Source of the DNA: an uncultured Rhodobacteraceae bacterium
Lineage (GTDB): Bacteria > Pseudomonadota > Alphaproteobacteria > Rhodobacterales > Rhodobacteraceae
Direction: 5' to 3'
NCBI GenBank assembly: GCA_947503775.1
Contig: CANNFE010000012.1
Coordinates: 18,737 to 82,736 of the forward strand
Length of the DNA: 64,000 nucleotides
The notes beneath the pieces were generated by a model that searched no databases, had not been told where the DNA came from, and was given only the letters and a program-made list of their open reading frames with translations. The translations under genes were made by a program, and so were the position numbers. Shown here piece after piece: positions 46,878 through 55,837 of this stretch. The stretch's first letter is position 1. Each line of letters opens with the position of its first letter.

Positions 46878-48938
46878 ATGGCGGAAGACTGGCATCTCGG
46901 CGTCGATATCGGCGGTACGTTCACCGACCTCGTTCTAGAGGGCGCGGGCACATCGCGGACGCTCAAGGTTCTGACGACCCATGACGCGCCCGACGATGCA
47001 ATCATGGCCGGTCTCGCGCGTCTGACCGGCGAAGCGGTGATCGCGCCCTCCGATCTCACGCGGATCATCCACGGCACGACCCTCGCGACCAACGCCCTGA
47101 TCGAACGCCGCGGAGCGAAAACCGCCTTCGTCACCACCGAAGGCTTCCGCGACGTGCTCGAGATGCGCACCGAAAGCCGGTTCGAGCAATACGATCTGAA
47201 CCTCGTCCTTCCTGATCCCCTGATCCCGCGCAAGGACCGCCATATCATCGCGGGCCGCCTTTTGGCCGATGGCAGCGAGCTGACGCCCTTGGATTTCGAC
47301 GCCGTACCCGCCCTCGCCGAACGCCTAAAAGACTACGACAGCATCGCCATCGGGCTGCTCCATGCCTATGCCAACCCCGCCCATGAGCAGGCCCTGCGCG
47401 AGGCGTTGAGCAAAGCGCTCCCCGGCATCCCCATCTCGATTTCTTCCGAAGTTTCGCCGCAGATGCGCGAATACGAGCGCTTCTCTACCACCTGCGCCAA
47501 CGCCTATATCCGCCCGCTGATGGAGGCCTATTTGACGCGTCTCGCCGGACGGCTGGCCGAGGCGGGCGCGCAATGCCCCGTCTTCCTGATGCATTCAGGC
47601 GGCGGGATCATGGCGCTGGATCAGGCCGCGCTCTTCCCCGTCCGATTGGTGGAAAGCGGCCCGGCGGGCGGCGCGATCTTCGCCGCCGATCTGGCGCGGC
47701 GGCATGGTCTGGATCGCGTGCTCAGCTTCGATATGGGCGGGACCACCGCCAAGATCTGCCTGATCCGGGGCGGCGCGCCCAAGACCGCGCGGGTCTTCGA
47801 GGTCGCGCGGTCATATCGGTTCAAGAAGGGCTCGGGGATGCCAATCTCGATCCCGGTGATCGACATGGTCGAGATCGGCGCAGGCGGCGGATCGCTGGGA
47901 TCGGTCGATGCGCTGGGCCGGATCGCCGTCGGCCCCGAAAGCGCAGGCTCCGAGCCAGGCCCTGCCTCCTACGGTCGGGGCGGCACCCGGCCTGCCATCA
48001 CCGATGCCGATCTACTTCTGGGCAAGCTCGATCCCGATGGCTTTGCCGGCGGCGAGATCCGCCTGCATCCGGACCGGGCCGAGGCGGCGATGACGGCGCA
48101 TATCGGCGCGCCGCTCGATCTGGAGGCGGCCGAGGCCGCGCGCGGCATGGCCGAGGTCGTGGACGAAACGATGGCCAACGCCGCCCGCGTCCACGCCGTC
48201 GAGAGCGGAGAGGATCCGGCCGATTACACCATGATCGCCTTCGGCGGCGCGGCGCCGCTCCACGCCGGGCGGCTTTGCGAAAAGCTGGGGATCGACCGGC
48301 TGCTCGTGCCCAAGGGCGCAGGCGTCGGGTCGGCCATCGGGTTTCTGCGCGCGCCGGTCAGCTTCGAGGCGGCGCGCTCCCGGCCCGAGCGGCTGGACAG
48401 CTTCGATGCGGGCGCAGTGGCGGACCTGCTGGCCGATCTGAACCGCGAGGCACGCACCATCGTCGAGGCCTGTGCGCCGGGGGCAGAGGTCGAGCGGCTC
48501 GTGACCGCGCAGGTCCGCTATGTCGGGCAGGGCTGGGACATCCCCGTGCCGCTGCCCGGCCTCTCTCCGAACGCGGACGAAATCGCAGCGTCTTTCGAAG
48601 AGACCTACCGCACCCTTTTCTCTCGCGTGGTCGAGAACCTGCCAGTCGAGGTCACGTCCTGGGCCGTCGAAGTGCGCACGGTGCAACCGGACGCCCCGCC
48701 CGTGCCAGAGGCCAAGGATGGCGCGACGGTCGAGGTCGAGGCGGTCCGCACCTTCATCGACCCCGCCAGCGGTGCCGTCACCACCGCGCAGGTGGCCGCG
48801 CGCGACCAGATCACCGATGGCGCACATCTTACCGGCCCCGCCTTCCTCACCGAGAGCGAAACGACGATCGTCGTCCCGCCCGGCTTCACCGCCACGGGCC
48901 GCGCGGACGGCACGATCGATATCCGGAGGACGCCATGA
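46878..48938 (+). CDS. hyuA: hydantoinase/oxoprolinase family protein, A subunit (HyuA-like)
   Basis: 686 aa. N-terminal LGVDIGGTFTDLV, then FDMGGTTAKI and other hydantoinase_A motifs. Confidence 0.9.
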   Translation: MAEDWHLGVDIGGTFTDLVLEGAGTSRTLKVLTTHDAPDDAIMAGLARLTGEAVIAPSDLTRIIHGTTLATNALIERRGAKTAFVTTEGFRDVLEMRTESRFEQYDLNLVLPDPLIPRKDRHIIAGRLLADGSELTPLDFDAVPALAERLKDYDSIAIGLLHAYANPAHEQALREALSKALPGIPISISSEVSPQMREYERFSTTCANAYIRPLMEAYLTRLAGRLAEAGAQCPVFLMHSGGGIMALDQAALFPVRLVESGPAGGAIFAADLARRHGLDRVLSFDMGGTTAKICLIRGGAPKTARVFEVARSYRFKKGSGMPISIPVIDMVEIGAGGGSLGSVDALGRIAVGPESAGSEPGPASYGRGGTRPAITDADLLLGKLDPDGFAGGEIRLHPDRAEAAMTAHIGAPLDLEAAEAARGMAEVVDETMANAARVHAVESGEDPADYTMIAFGGAAPLHAGRLCEKLGIDRLLVPKGAGVGSAIGFLRAPVSFEAARSRPERLDSFDAGAVADLLADLNREARTIVEACAPGAEVERLVTAQVRYVGQGWDIPVPLPGLSPNADEIAASFEETYRTLFSRVVENLPVEVTSWAVEVRTVQPDAPPVPEAKDGATVEVEAVRTFIDPASGAVTTAQVAARDQITDGAHLTGPAFLTESETTIVVPPGFTATGRADGTIDIRRTP

Positions 48939-50551
48939 GCATTGCCCATCAGGTCATGTGGACCCGCCTCATCTCGATCGTCGAGGAGCAGGCACAGGCC
49001 CTGATCCGTACCGCCTTCTCCCCGTCCGTCCGCGAAGCCGGGGACCTCTCGGCGGGCGTCTACGATGCGCAAGGCAACATGCTCGCCCAAGCCGTCACGG
49101 GAACCCCGGGCCACGTGAACGCCATGGCCGACGCGGTCGCCCATTTCATCCGCGAGATCGCAGAGATGGCCGAGGGCGACGTCTACCTGACCAACGATCC
49201 CTGGATGGGCACGGGTCACCTGCACGATATCACCGTCGTCACCCCGGTCTTTCGCGGCGGCCTCGTCGGCTTTTTCGCCTGCACCGCCCATGTGGTCGAT
49301 ATCGGCGGGCGCGGCTTCGGAGCCGATGGCAACTCGGTCTATGAAGAGGGCCTCCAGATCCCCATCATGCGCTTCGCCACGGCGGCAGGCCCCGACCGGA
49401 CGCTGCTTCAACTGATCCGCGCCAATACCCGTGTGCCGGACCAGCTGATCGGGGACCTACATGCGCTCGCGACCTGCAACGATGTCGGGATGGCGCGGCT
49501 TCTCGCGATGATGGAGGAGTTCGACATCCCCGATCTTGAGGCGATCTCGGACCACATCCGGACCGCCTCGCGAACAGCCACCATTAAGCGGATCGCGGCG
49601 CTCCCCCGGCAGCAGGCGACCGGCGCGATGCGGATCGACGGCTATGCCGCTCCGGTCGATCTGAAGGTGCAGCTCAGCACCGATGCCGATCACATCGCTT
49701 GCAGCTTCGACGGCACATCCGGCCTTGATCCTAAGGGGATCAACGTGCCGATGGTCTACACGAAGGCCTATGCCTGCTACGCGCTCAAATGCGCCATCGC
49801 GCCCGAGATCCCCAACAATGCCGGATCGCTCGAGCCCTTCCGGATCACCGCCCCTGAAGGCTCGATCCTGAATGCGCCGCGCCCTGCGCCGGTCTCGCTC
49901 AGGCACGTGATCGGGCACCTGATCCCCGATGCGGTCTTCGATGCGCTGGCGCAAGTCCTGCCCGGGCAGATCTCGGCCGAGGGGGCGGGAGCGCTCTGCA
50001 ACTTCCAGCTTTCGCTGCACGGGCCGGACAATGCCCATGCCGAAATCCTGACCTTCAACTCCGGCGGCTCGGGCGCGCGTCCTTCCCATGACGGCCTGAA
50101 CGCGACGGCCTTTCCGTCGGGCGTCATGACGATGCCGGTCGAGGCCACCGAACAGACCGGCCCCGTCATCATCCACCGCAAGGAGCTGCGCCCCGATAGC
50201 GGCGGCGCGGGCCGTCAGCGCGGCGGTCTGGGACAGGTCATGGAGGTCGGCGCGCGCGAGGGCTGGCGCATGGATCTCTCCGCGATGCTCGACCGCGTGG
50301 ATCACCCCGCGCGGGGCCGGGAGGGTGGCGCAGATGGCGCACCGACCGTGATCGAGCTGGGCGACGGAACGCCTTTGCGCGCCAAGGGCAAGCAGCCGGT
50401 TCCGCAGGGCGGCCTCGTGCGCTTCGCCTTTCCGGGCGGTGGCGGCTACGGTCCCCCGTCAGAGCGCCCTCGCGCCGCCGTGGAGCGGGACCTCGAAGGC
50501 GGTTATATCTCGGCAGAGGCCGCGCGCGATCTTTACGGAGAAGAGCCATGA
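48935..50551 (+). CDS. hyuB: hydantoinase B/oxoprolinase family protein (HyuB-like)
   Basis: MSIAHQVMWTRLISIVEEQAQALIRTAFSPSVREAGDLSAGVYD... ATGA overlap with hyuA. The ORF-track 992-aa version is an out-of-context upstream extension. Confidence 0.9.
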   Translation: MSIAHQVMWTRLISIVEEQAQALIRTAFSPSVREAGDLSAGVYDAQGNMLAQAVTGTPGHVNAMADAVAHFIREIAEMAEGDVYLTNDPWMGTGHLHDITVVTPVFRGGLVGFFACTAHVVDIGGRGFGADGNSVYEEGLQIPIMRFATAAGPDRTLLQLIRANTRVPDQLIGDLHALATCNDVGMARLLAMMEEFDIPDLEAISDHIRTASRTATIKRIAALPRQQATGAMRIDGYAAPVDLKVQLSTDADHIACSFDGTSGLDPKGINVPMVYTKAYACYALKCAIAPEIPNNAGSLEPFRITAPEGSILNAPRPAPVSLRHVIGHLIPDAVFDALAQVLPGQISAEGAGALCNFQLSLHGPDNAHAEILTFNSGGSGARPSHDGLNATAFPSGVMTMPVEATEQTGPVIIHRKELRPDSGGAGRQRGGLGQVMEVGAREGWRMDLSAMLDRVDHPARGREGGADGAPTVIELGDGTPLRAKGKQPVPQGGLVRFAFPGGGGYGPPSERPRAAVERDLEGGYISAEAARDLYGEEP

Positions 50552-51729
50552 GCCAGAGCTATGATGTCGTGATCATCGGCGGCGCGATGATGGGCTCCTC
50601 CGTCGCCTGGTGGCTCTTGCGCCATCCGGGTTTCGACGGCTCCATCCTGATCGTGGAGCGCGATCCGACCTTCGAATTCGCCTCCACCACCCACACGAAC
50701 AGCTGCATCCGTCAGCAATTCGGAACCCCGATCAACGTGCAGGTCTCGCAATTCGGCGTCGAATTCGTCCGGAACGCCCGCGACTACCTTGGCGCGGACG
50801 CGCCCGAGATCGCCTTTCGCGAATTCGGCTACCTTTATCTCGCGGCAGACGAGGCCTTCGCGGCCCAGCTGACCCGCAACCATGCCGTCCAGACTGCGCT
50901 TGGCGCGGATACGGTCCTGCTCGAGCCAGATGAGATCAAGGATCGCTTCCCGTTCATGTCGACCGATGGGCTGGTCTTGGGCAGCCTCGGCGCCAGCGGT
51001 GAAGGCTATTTCGACGGCCACGGCATCCTCGCCGTCTGGCGCGAGCAGGCCAAGGCCGCGGGCGTCGAGCGTCGCACGGGCGAGGTGGCCGGGATTAGCC
51101 GGACCGGCGGTCGCGCGAGCGGCGTGACGCTCGCGGACGGAACCCGGATCGAGGCCGGCGCGATCGTCAACTGCGCCGGGCCACGTGCGGCCCAGGTCGC
51201 GCGGATGGCGGGCCTTGAGATTCCGGTCGCCCCGCGGCGCGCCTATTCCTTTGTCTTCGACACCGCGGAGCCCTTGCCCGTCGATCTGCCGCTCACCATC
51301 ACGCCGAGTGGCGTCCATGTGCGCCCCGACAGCCGCACCCGCTATCTGGCGGGCTGTATGGACGAGGCCGGGCCGGGGGCCGCCTATGACGATTTCGCCA
51401 TGGATCCCGATATCTGGATGGACCACGTCTGGCCCACCCTGGCCGAGCGCATCCCGCCTTTCGAGCGAATCAAGATCTCGAGCGAATGGGTCGGCCATTA
51501 CGCGATTAACACGCTCGATCACAACGCCATCGTCGGCCCCGTGCCGGAGCTTGCGGGCTTCTATCTCTGCAACGGCTTTTCTGGCCACGGCCTGCAGCAA
51601 TCGCCCGCGATGGGACGCGGTCTGGCCGAGCTGATCGCGACCGGCGCTTACCAGACACTCGACCTTTCGCCGCTCGGCTACGACCGGATCGCCGCGCGCG
51701 CGCCGCTTCTTGAACCCGCCGTCATCTAA
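50548..51729 (+). CDS. FAD-dependent oxidoreductase (DAO family; sarcosine/D-amino-acid oxidase-like)
   Basis: YDVVIIGGAMMGSSVAWWL dinucleotide-binding motif. 393 aa. ATGA overlap with hyuB. Confidence 0.85.
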   Translation: MSQSYDVVIIGGAMMGSSVAWWLLRHPGFDGSILIVERDPTFEFASTTHTNSCIRQQFGTPINVQVSQFGVEFVRNARDYLGADAPEIAFREFGYLYLAADEAFAAQLTRNHAVQTALGADTVLLEPDEIKDRFPFMSTDGLVLGSLGASGEGYFDGHGILAVWREQAKAAGVERRTGEVAGISRTGGRASGVTLADGTRIEAGAIVNCAGPRAAQVARMAGLEIPVAPRRAYSFVFDTAEPLPVDLPLTITPSGVHVRPDSRTRYLAGCMDEAGPGAAYDDFAMDPDIWMDHVWPTLAERIPPFERIKISSEWVGHYAINTLDHNAIVGPVPELAGFYLCNGFSGHGLQQSPAMGRGLAELIATGAYQTLDLSPLGYDRIAARAPLLEPAVI

Positions 51730-51743
51730 AAGGACCCATCCCC

Positions 51744-52589
51744 ATGCCGCTTTTCACGAAACTCGTCCTCACGGGCGCCTGTGGGGCGCTGGGCTCGCAA
51801 CTGCGCGCGCCGCTGTCGAAGATGACGGATCACCTGCTGTCGGTCGATATCTCGGACTGCCCCGAGGATCTGCACGATGGCGAGACCTTCACTCAGGCCG
51901 ATATCGGCGAGATGGATCAGGTCCTGCCGCTGATGAAAGGCGCCGACATGGTCGTCCACTTTGCAGGCATCCCCGACGAGGCGCCCTTCGAAAAGCATCT
52001 CGGCCCTAGTATCGTCGGCTCCTACAACATCTGGGAGGCCGCCCATAAGCACGGCGTGCGCCGGATCGTCTATGCCTCCTCGGTCCATGCGGTGGGCATG
52101 CATCCCTCGGCCGACGGGATCGATCTGACAGCGCCCCACCGGCCCGATACATACTACGGGCTGGGCAAGTGCTTCACCGAAAATCTCGCGCGGCTCTATT
52201 GGGAAAAGCGCGGTCTCGAGGCGGTCTGCCTGCGTATCTTTTCCTGCCAGCCGGAGCCTGCGAATATGCGCGCTCTGGGGACCTGGCTTAGCTATGGCGA
52301 TCTGATCCGGTTGGTCGAACGCTCGCTCGATACGCCGACGGTTGGGTTCACTCCGGTCCATGGCGTCTCCAACAACGACCGTTCCCCGGTGAACAACCAT
52401 CAGGCGGCGCATCTTGGCTATAAGCCGCTGGACAATGCGGAAGACTATTACGACAAGGTCATCGCCACGGCACGTCCCGCCGATCCGCAGGACCCGTCGC
52501 AGATGCTGCTGGGCGGACCCTTTGCCATCGTGCCCTTGGGGGAAAGCGGGGTCGCCATGATCAAAAAGCTCGGCGAGCGATCGAACTGA
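51744..52589 (+). CDS. NAD-dependent epimerase/dehydratase family protein, uronate dehydrogenase-like
   Basis: LVLTGACGALGSQL Rossmann motif. YGLGKCFTENLARLYWEKRGLEAVCLRIFSC resembles the Agrobacterium Udh catalytic YxxxK region. Confidence 0.75.
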   Translation: MPLFTKLVLTGACGALGSQLRAPLSKMTDHLLSVDISDCPEDLHDGETFTQADIGEMDQVLPLMKGADMVVHFAGIPDEAPFEKHLGPSIVGSYNIWEAAHKHGVRRIVYASSVHAVGMHPSADGIDLTAPHRPDTYYGLGKCFTENLARLYWEKRGLEAVCLRIFSCQPEPANMRALGTWLSYGDLIRLVERSLDTPTVGFTPVHGVSNNDRSPVNNHQAAHLGYKPLDNAEDYYDKVIATARPADPQDPSQMLLGGPFAIVPLGESGVAMIKKLGERSN

Positions 52590-52593
52590 GCGC

Positions 52594-52665
52594 CACGCCG
52601 TCCCGGACTTGATCCGGGACCTCTTGTCCAGGCTGCAAACCAGAGGCCCCGGATCAGGTCCGGGG
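52594..52665 (+). repeat. REP/MITE-like palindromic intergenic element, copy 2
   Basis: GTCCCGGACTTGATCCGGGAC-(26 nt)-CCCCGGATCAGGTCCGGGG. The first 33 nt are identical to the reverse complement of 25488-25520. Confidence 0.85.
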
Positions 52666-52679
52666 CATGTCGCGCTGCC

Positions 52680-53615
52680 TTAGAATGTCAGATCGAACCG
52701 GGCCCCGTTTTTCGACGGGGCCAGCGTTATCTCGCCCCCTTGCGCCTCGATCAGGCGGCGCAGGATCGCAAGGCCCATCCCGGTCCCGCCCCGGTCGCGG
52801 CGGGTGGTGAAATAGGGATCGAAGATCCGGCCCTGATTGCCCTCCGAGATCCCCGGCCCGTCATCTTCGACCCAAAGCAGCCCATCCTGCACGCCTGCCC
52901 GTAACACCGTCGCGCCCGCTTCGGCGGCATTGCGCGCCAGATGGGTCAGAACCAGCCGCAGCGCCTCGAGCGAGAGCGGGATCTCTCCGTCGCGTGCGAT
53001 CGTCACCCGCAGAGCATGCCCGGTCATCGCCTCCGACAGCCGCGCCGTCCCGCGCGCGCCTTCGGTCGCGCGCGCCCAGTCGCGCTGCACCTCCACCAGC
53101 CGCGTCATCCGCGCGGCGGCTTCCGCGATCTCGCCCGCCAGCTTGATCCGCGTGGCGGAGTCCACATCCCCTTCGAGCAATTCCGCCGCGCCCGTGACGG
53201 TCGTCAGCGGCGACTTCAGTTCATGCGTGACGTGATCGGTATAGGCCCGGATCGTCGCTTCGCGGTTCTGCAGGACGTGCCCCATCCGCAGGACGCTGCC
53301 GCCCAGATCGCGCAGCTCGGACGTGCCGTAGCGCGCCAGTGGCGCGATTGGCGCCCCCCGGCTGACCTCCGAGGCGCGTGCGGCCAGCTCGCGGATCGGG
53401 CGCAGCAGCAAACGCCAGAGCAAAAAGCCCAGAACGGCGGTGATCAGAATACCGACGGCCAGCACCGCATAGGCCTTGGTCCAGGTCATCGGGTAAGACA
53501 GCCAGCGGGCCAGATAGAGCCCGGCAAAGGGCGTCCCGAGCACGGCCAGCAAGGTCCCGCCCAAAACCAGCGCCAGGGGCGGGCGCCATTTGCGGCGGAT
53601 CTCCTCTAGCGGCAT
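52680..53615 (-). CDS. sensor histidine kinase
   Basis: Two N-terminal TM segments. HisKA H-box THELKSPLTTV. HATPase_c (DDGPGI..., GGTGMGLAI). ATG at 53613-53615 lies 4 nt after the response-regulator stop. Confidence 0.88.
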   Translation of the reverse strand: MPLEEIRRKWRPPLALVLGGTLLAVLGTPFAGLYLARWLSYPMTWTKAYAVLAVGILITAVLGFLLWRLLLRPIRELAARASEVSRGAPIAPLARYGTSELRDLGGSVLRMGHVLQNREATIRAYTDHVTHELKSPLTTVTGAAELLEGDVDSATRIKLAGEIAEAAARMTRLVEVQRDWARATEGARGTARLSEAMTGHALRVTIARDGEIPLSLEALRLVLTHLARNAAEAGATVLRAGVQDGLLWVEDDGPGISEGNQGRIFDPYFTTRRDRGGTGMGLAILRRLIEAQGGEITLAPSKNGARFDLTF

Positions 53616-53619
53616 TGGT

Positions 53620-54294
53620 CTAGGCGCATGGCCCCATCCGGATGCCGACGCCGTGGACCGTTTCGATCGCATCCGTGCAGCCCGCCTCGTCCAGCTTGTA
53701 GCGCAAGTTGCGCAGATGGCTGTCGAGCGTCCGGTCGCTGACATGGACATTCGTGCCATAGACCGCATCGACCAGTTGCGGCCGGGCGAGGACGTGATCG
53801 GGATGGCTCATCAGCTTGGCGAGGATCTCCATCTCGCGGGCGGTCAGCGTGACCGAAGCCCCGCCGATTTCGCAAAGGTGCCGGTGCGGATCGAGCGTCA
53901 GCCGCCCCCGGCGCAGGATCGGATCGGCGCTGGACCGGCCCCGCTTGAGGATCGCCTTGATCCGCGCCACCAGCTCGCGCGGGGAGAAGGGTTTCGAGAC
54001 ATAGTCATCCGCGCCCATCTCCAGGCCCACGATGCGATCGATCTCGTCCTGGCGCGCGGTCAGGAACAGGATCGGCACATCCGAGCTTTTGCGCAATTCG
54101 CGGCAGACCTCGAACCCGTCCCGCTCCGGCATGCCGATATCCAGAACGATCAGCCCGGCGCGCCCGCTTTGGCCCAGCGTCAGGGCCGCATTGCCATCTG
54201 CGGCCTCGAAGGTGGCATAACCGGCCTGTTCGATGGCGATCTTGAGAACATTGCGGATGGCCGGGTCATCGTCGGCGATCAGGATTTCGGTCAC
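53620..54294 (-). CDS. OmpR/PhoB-type response regulator
   Basis: Receiver domain (ILIADDD...LIVLDIGMP...DDYVSKPF) plus a winged-helix trans_reg_C domain. Confidence 0.92.
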   Translation of the reverse strand: MTEILIADDDPAIRNVLKIAIEQAGYATFEAADGNAALTLGQSGRAGLIVLDIGMPERDGFEVCRELRKSSDVPILFLTARQDEIDRIVGLEMGADDYVSKPFSPRELVARIKAILKRGRSSADPILRRGRLTLDPHRHLCEIGGASVTLTAREMEILAKLMSHPDHVLARPQLVDAVYGTNVHVSDRTLDSHLRNLRYKLDEAGCTDAIETVHGVGIRMGPCA

Positions 54295-54420
54295 GGGAAG
54301 GCTTTCCTTTCAGGGCCGCAGAGTGGCGCGCATCGCGCCCGGTGAAAAGTGCGCAGGATCTTTTGCATCCGGGCTGTGCCGGATGTGCATATTTCGTGCA
54401 GGCATGCTAGGCGCGCGCTC

Positions 54421-55503
54421 ATGAGACCGACCCTTGCCAGCGCCTCTCTCGGCGGCACTGATCTGCGCCGCGACATCCCCGTGCCCGAAAGCCACCGGCC
54501 AGAGGGCTATGCGGCGGCCTTTGATGCCACGACGCTGTGGTATGACGCGATCGCGGGGACGGACCGGACCTGGCTCGTTTGTCCCAAGCTGCTGAATTTC
54601 GAGGACCTTCTGCGCGGCGTGATGATGCGGATCGATGGCGCGCCCGCGCCGATTCTGCGCATTCGCGGGTATCGCAGGCACGATATCGTCGAGCTGGGCG
54701 GCACCGGCGCAGAGCTTGCGCTGGAAGCGGGCGCGCACGGGTTCACCTGCCCGATCTCGCCGCCCCAGACCGATCGTTTTGCCGGGCTGAATACGCATGT
54801 CGCGATCTCGAAGGACAACGATCCGATCTGGCTGACCGATTTCGCGCGGTTTCACATCCAGCATCACGGGCTCGAGGCGATGCTGCTCTTTGATAACGGT
54901 TCAACCACGACCAGCCTCGAGGAGATCGAGGCGGCCCTGCGCGCCACCGGCCTGCGCGAGGTCGCGGTGGTGCCTGCGCCCTTTCCCTATGGCCCGCGCG
55001 GCAAGCCGCCCTATGCGCGGCGCACGAAATTCCTGCAGACGGCGCTTTTGAACATCGCGCGGCTGCGGTTTCTGGGGTGCGCCCGCGCGGTGTTGCAATG
55101 CGATATCGATGAGCTGGTCTGGAGCGAGGGTGCTTCGATCTTTGATCGCGCGGCGAAGAGCCGTCTGGGGCTCGTACGATTTGCCGGTCTCTGGCACAGC
55201 CCGCCCGAAGGCAGCGCAGCACCCTTTCGCCATCGCGATCACATCTGCGAGCGCGCCAAAAATCCTGCAAGCCCGACCAAATACGCGATCCGTCCGGACA
55301 GCCTTCTGGGCCGTCAAAGCTGGGATGTGCACGATATCGAAGGCCTGCCGACGCCGCTTTCGATCACGCGGCACGCGGGATATCTGCATTGCCGGGGCAT
55401 CTCGACCGATTGGAAGGGGAACAACCGGGCGCGTCCGTCACCTTCGGTCCCGAGCCCGCGCGCCGAACGTCTGCTGGAAGCGACGGAATGGGACAGGGCC
55501 TGA
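54421..55503 (+). CDS. hypothetical protein, possible GT92/DUF23-like glycosyltransferase
   Basis: 360 aa from ATG 54421. The central NDPIWLTDFARFHIQHHGLEAMLLFDNGS...CDIDE resembles GT-A enzymes of the Glyco_transf_92 type (DxD-like DIDE). Assignment is tentative. Confidence 0.45.
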   Translation: MRPTLASASLGGTDLRRDIPVPESHRPEGYAAAFDATTLWYDAIAGTDRTWLVCPKLLNFEDLLRGVMMRIDGAPAPILRIRGYRRHDIVELGGTGAELALEAGAHGFTCPISPPQTDRFAGLNTHVAISKDNDPIWLTDFARFHIQHHGLEAMLLFDNGSTTTSLEEIEAALRATGLREVAVVPAPFPYGPRGKPPYARRTKFLQTALLNIARLRFLGCARAVLQCDIDELVWSEGASIFDRAAKSRLGLVRFAGLWHSPPEGSAAPFRHRDHICERAKNPASPTKYAIRPDSLLGRQSWDVHDIEGLPTPLSITRHAGYLHCRGISTDWKGNNRARPSPSVPSPRAERLLEATEWDRA

Positions 55504-55631
55504 CGGGTCTCGCGTGAAGGCGACGTCGAGGGGGCTCTGCCCCCGCGCCAGCTGTCGCTGCCGCTCCCCCGAGGTATTTCTGGCAAGATGAGGAGGGAAG
55601 GACTGTTCCAGCGATGTCCCTAGGGGCGGCG

Positions 55632-55660
55632 TTAAGCTTAATGCGGGTTAAGGTTAATGC
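55632..55660 (+). promoter_or_regulatory. AT-rich palindromic motif, copy B (TTAAGCTTAA-TGCGGG-TTAAGGTTAA-TGC)
   Basis: Same architecture and orientation as copy A (25/29 identical). It lies in the 334-nt gap between two convergent genes. Confidence 0.6.
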
Positions 55661-55837
55661 TCCGGGGAGAGATGGAGCGGGAGATCGGTGCGAAACGCGC
55701 AAGGAAAGTGTGCCCGGTCATCAAGGGGTTTGACTGCGAGGGCAGGGTCAGAGATGAGGCGAGGGCGGGTGACAGAGGACTGCGCAACAGCCCTTGCGCT
55801 GCTCGGCGTGCATGTCTTCCCTTAAGCGCATTGGCGG

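Noticed and set aside
54364-54389. The imperfect palindrome TGCATCCGG-N6-CCGGATGTGCA as a response-regulator operator.
   Set aside because: OmpR-family regulators usually bind direct repeats, and the palindrome needs a 1-nt bulge. It is mentioned only as context.
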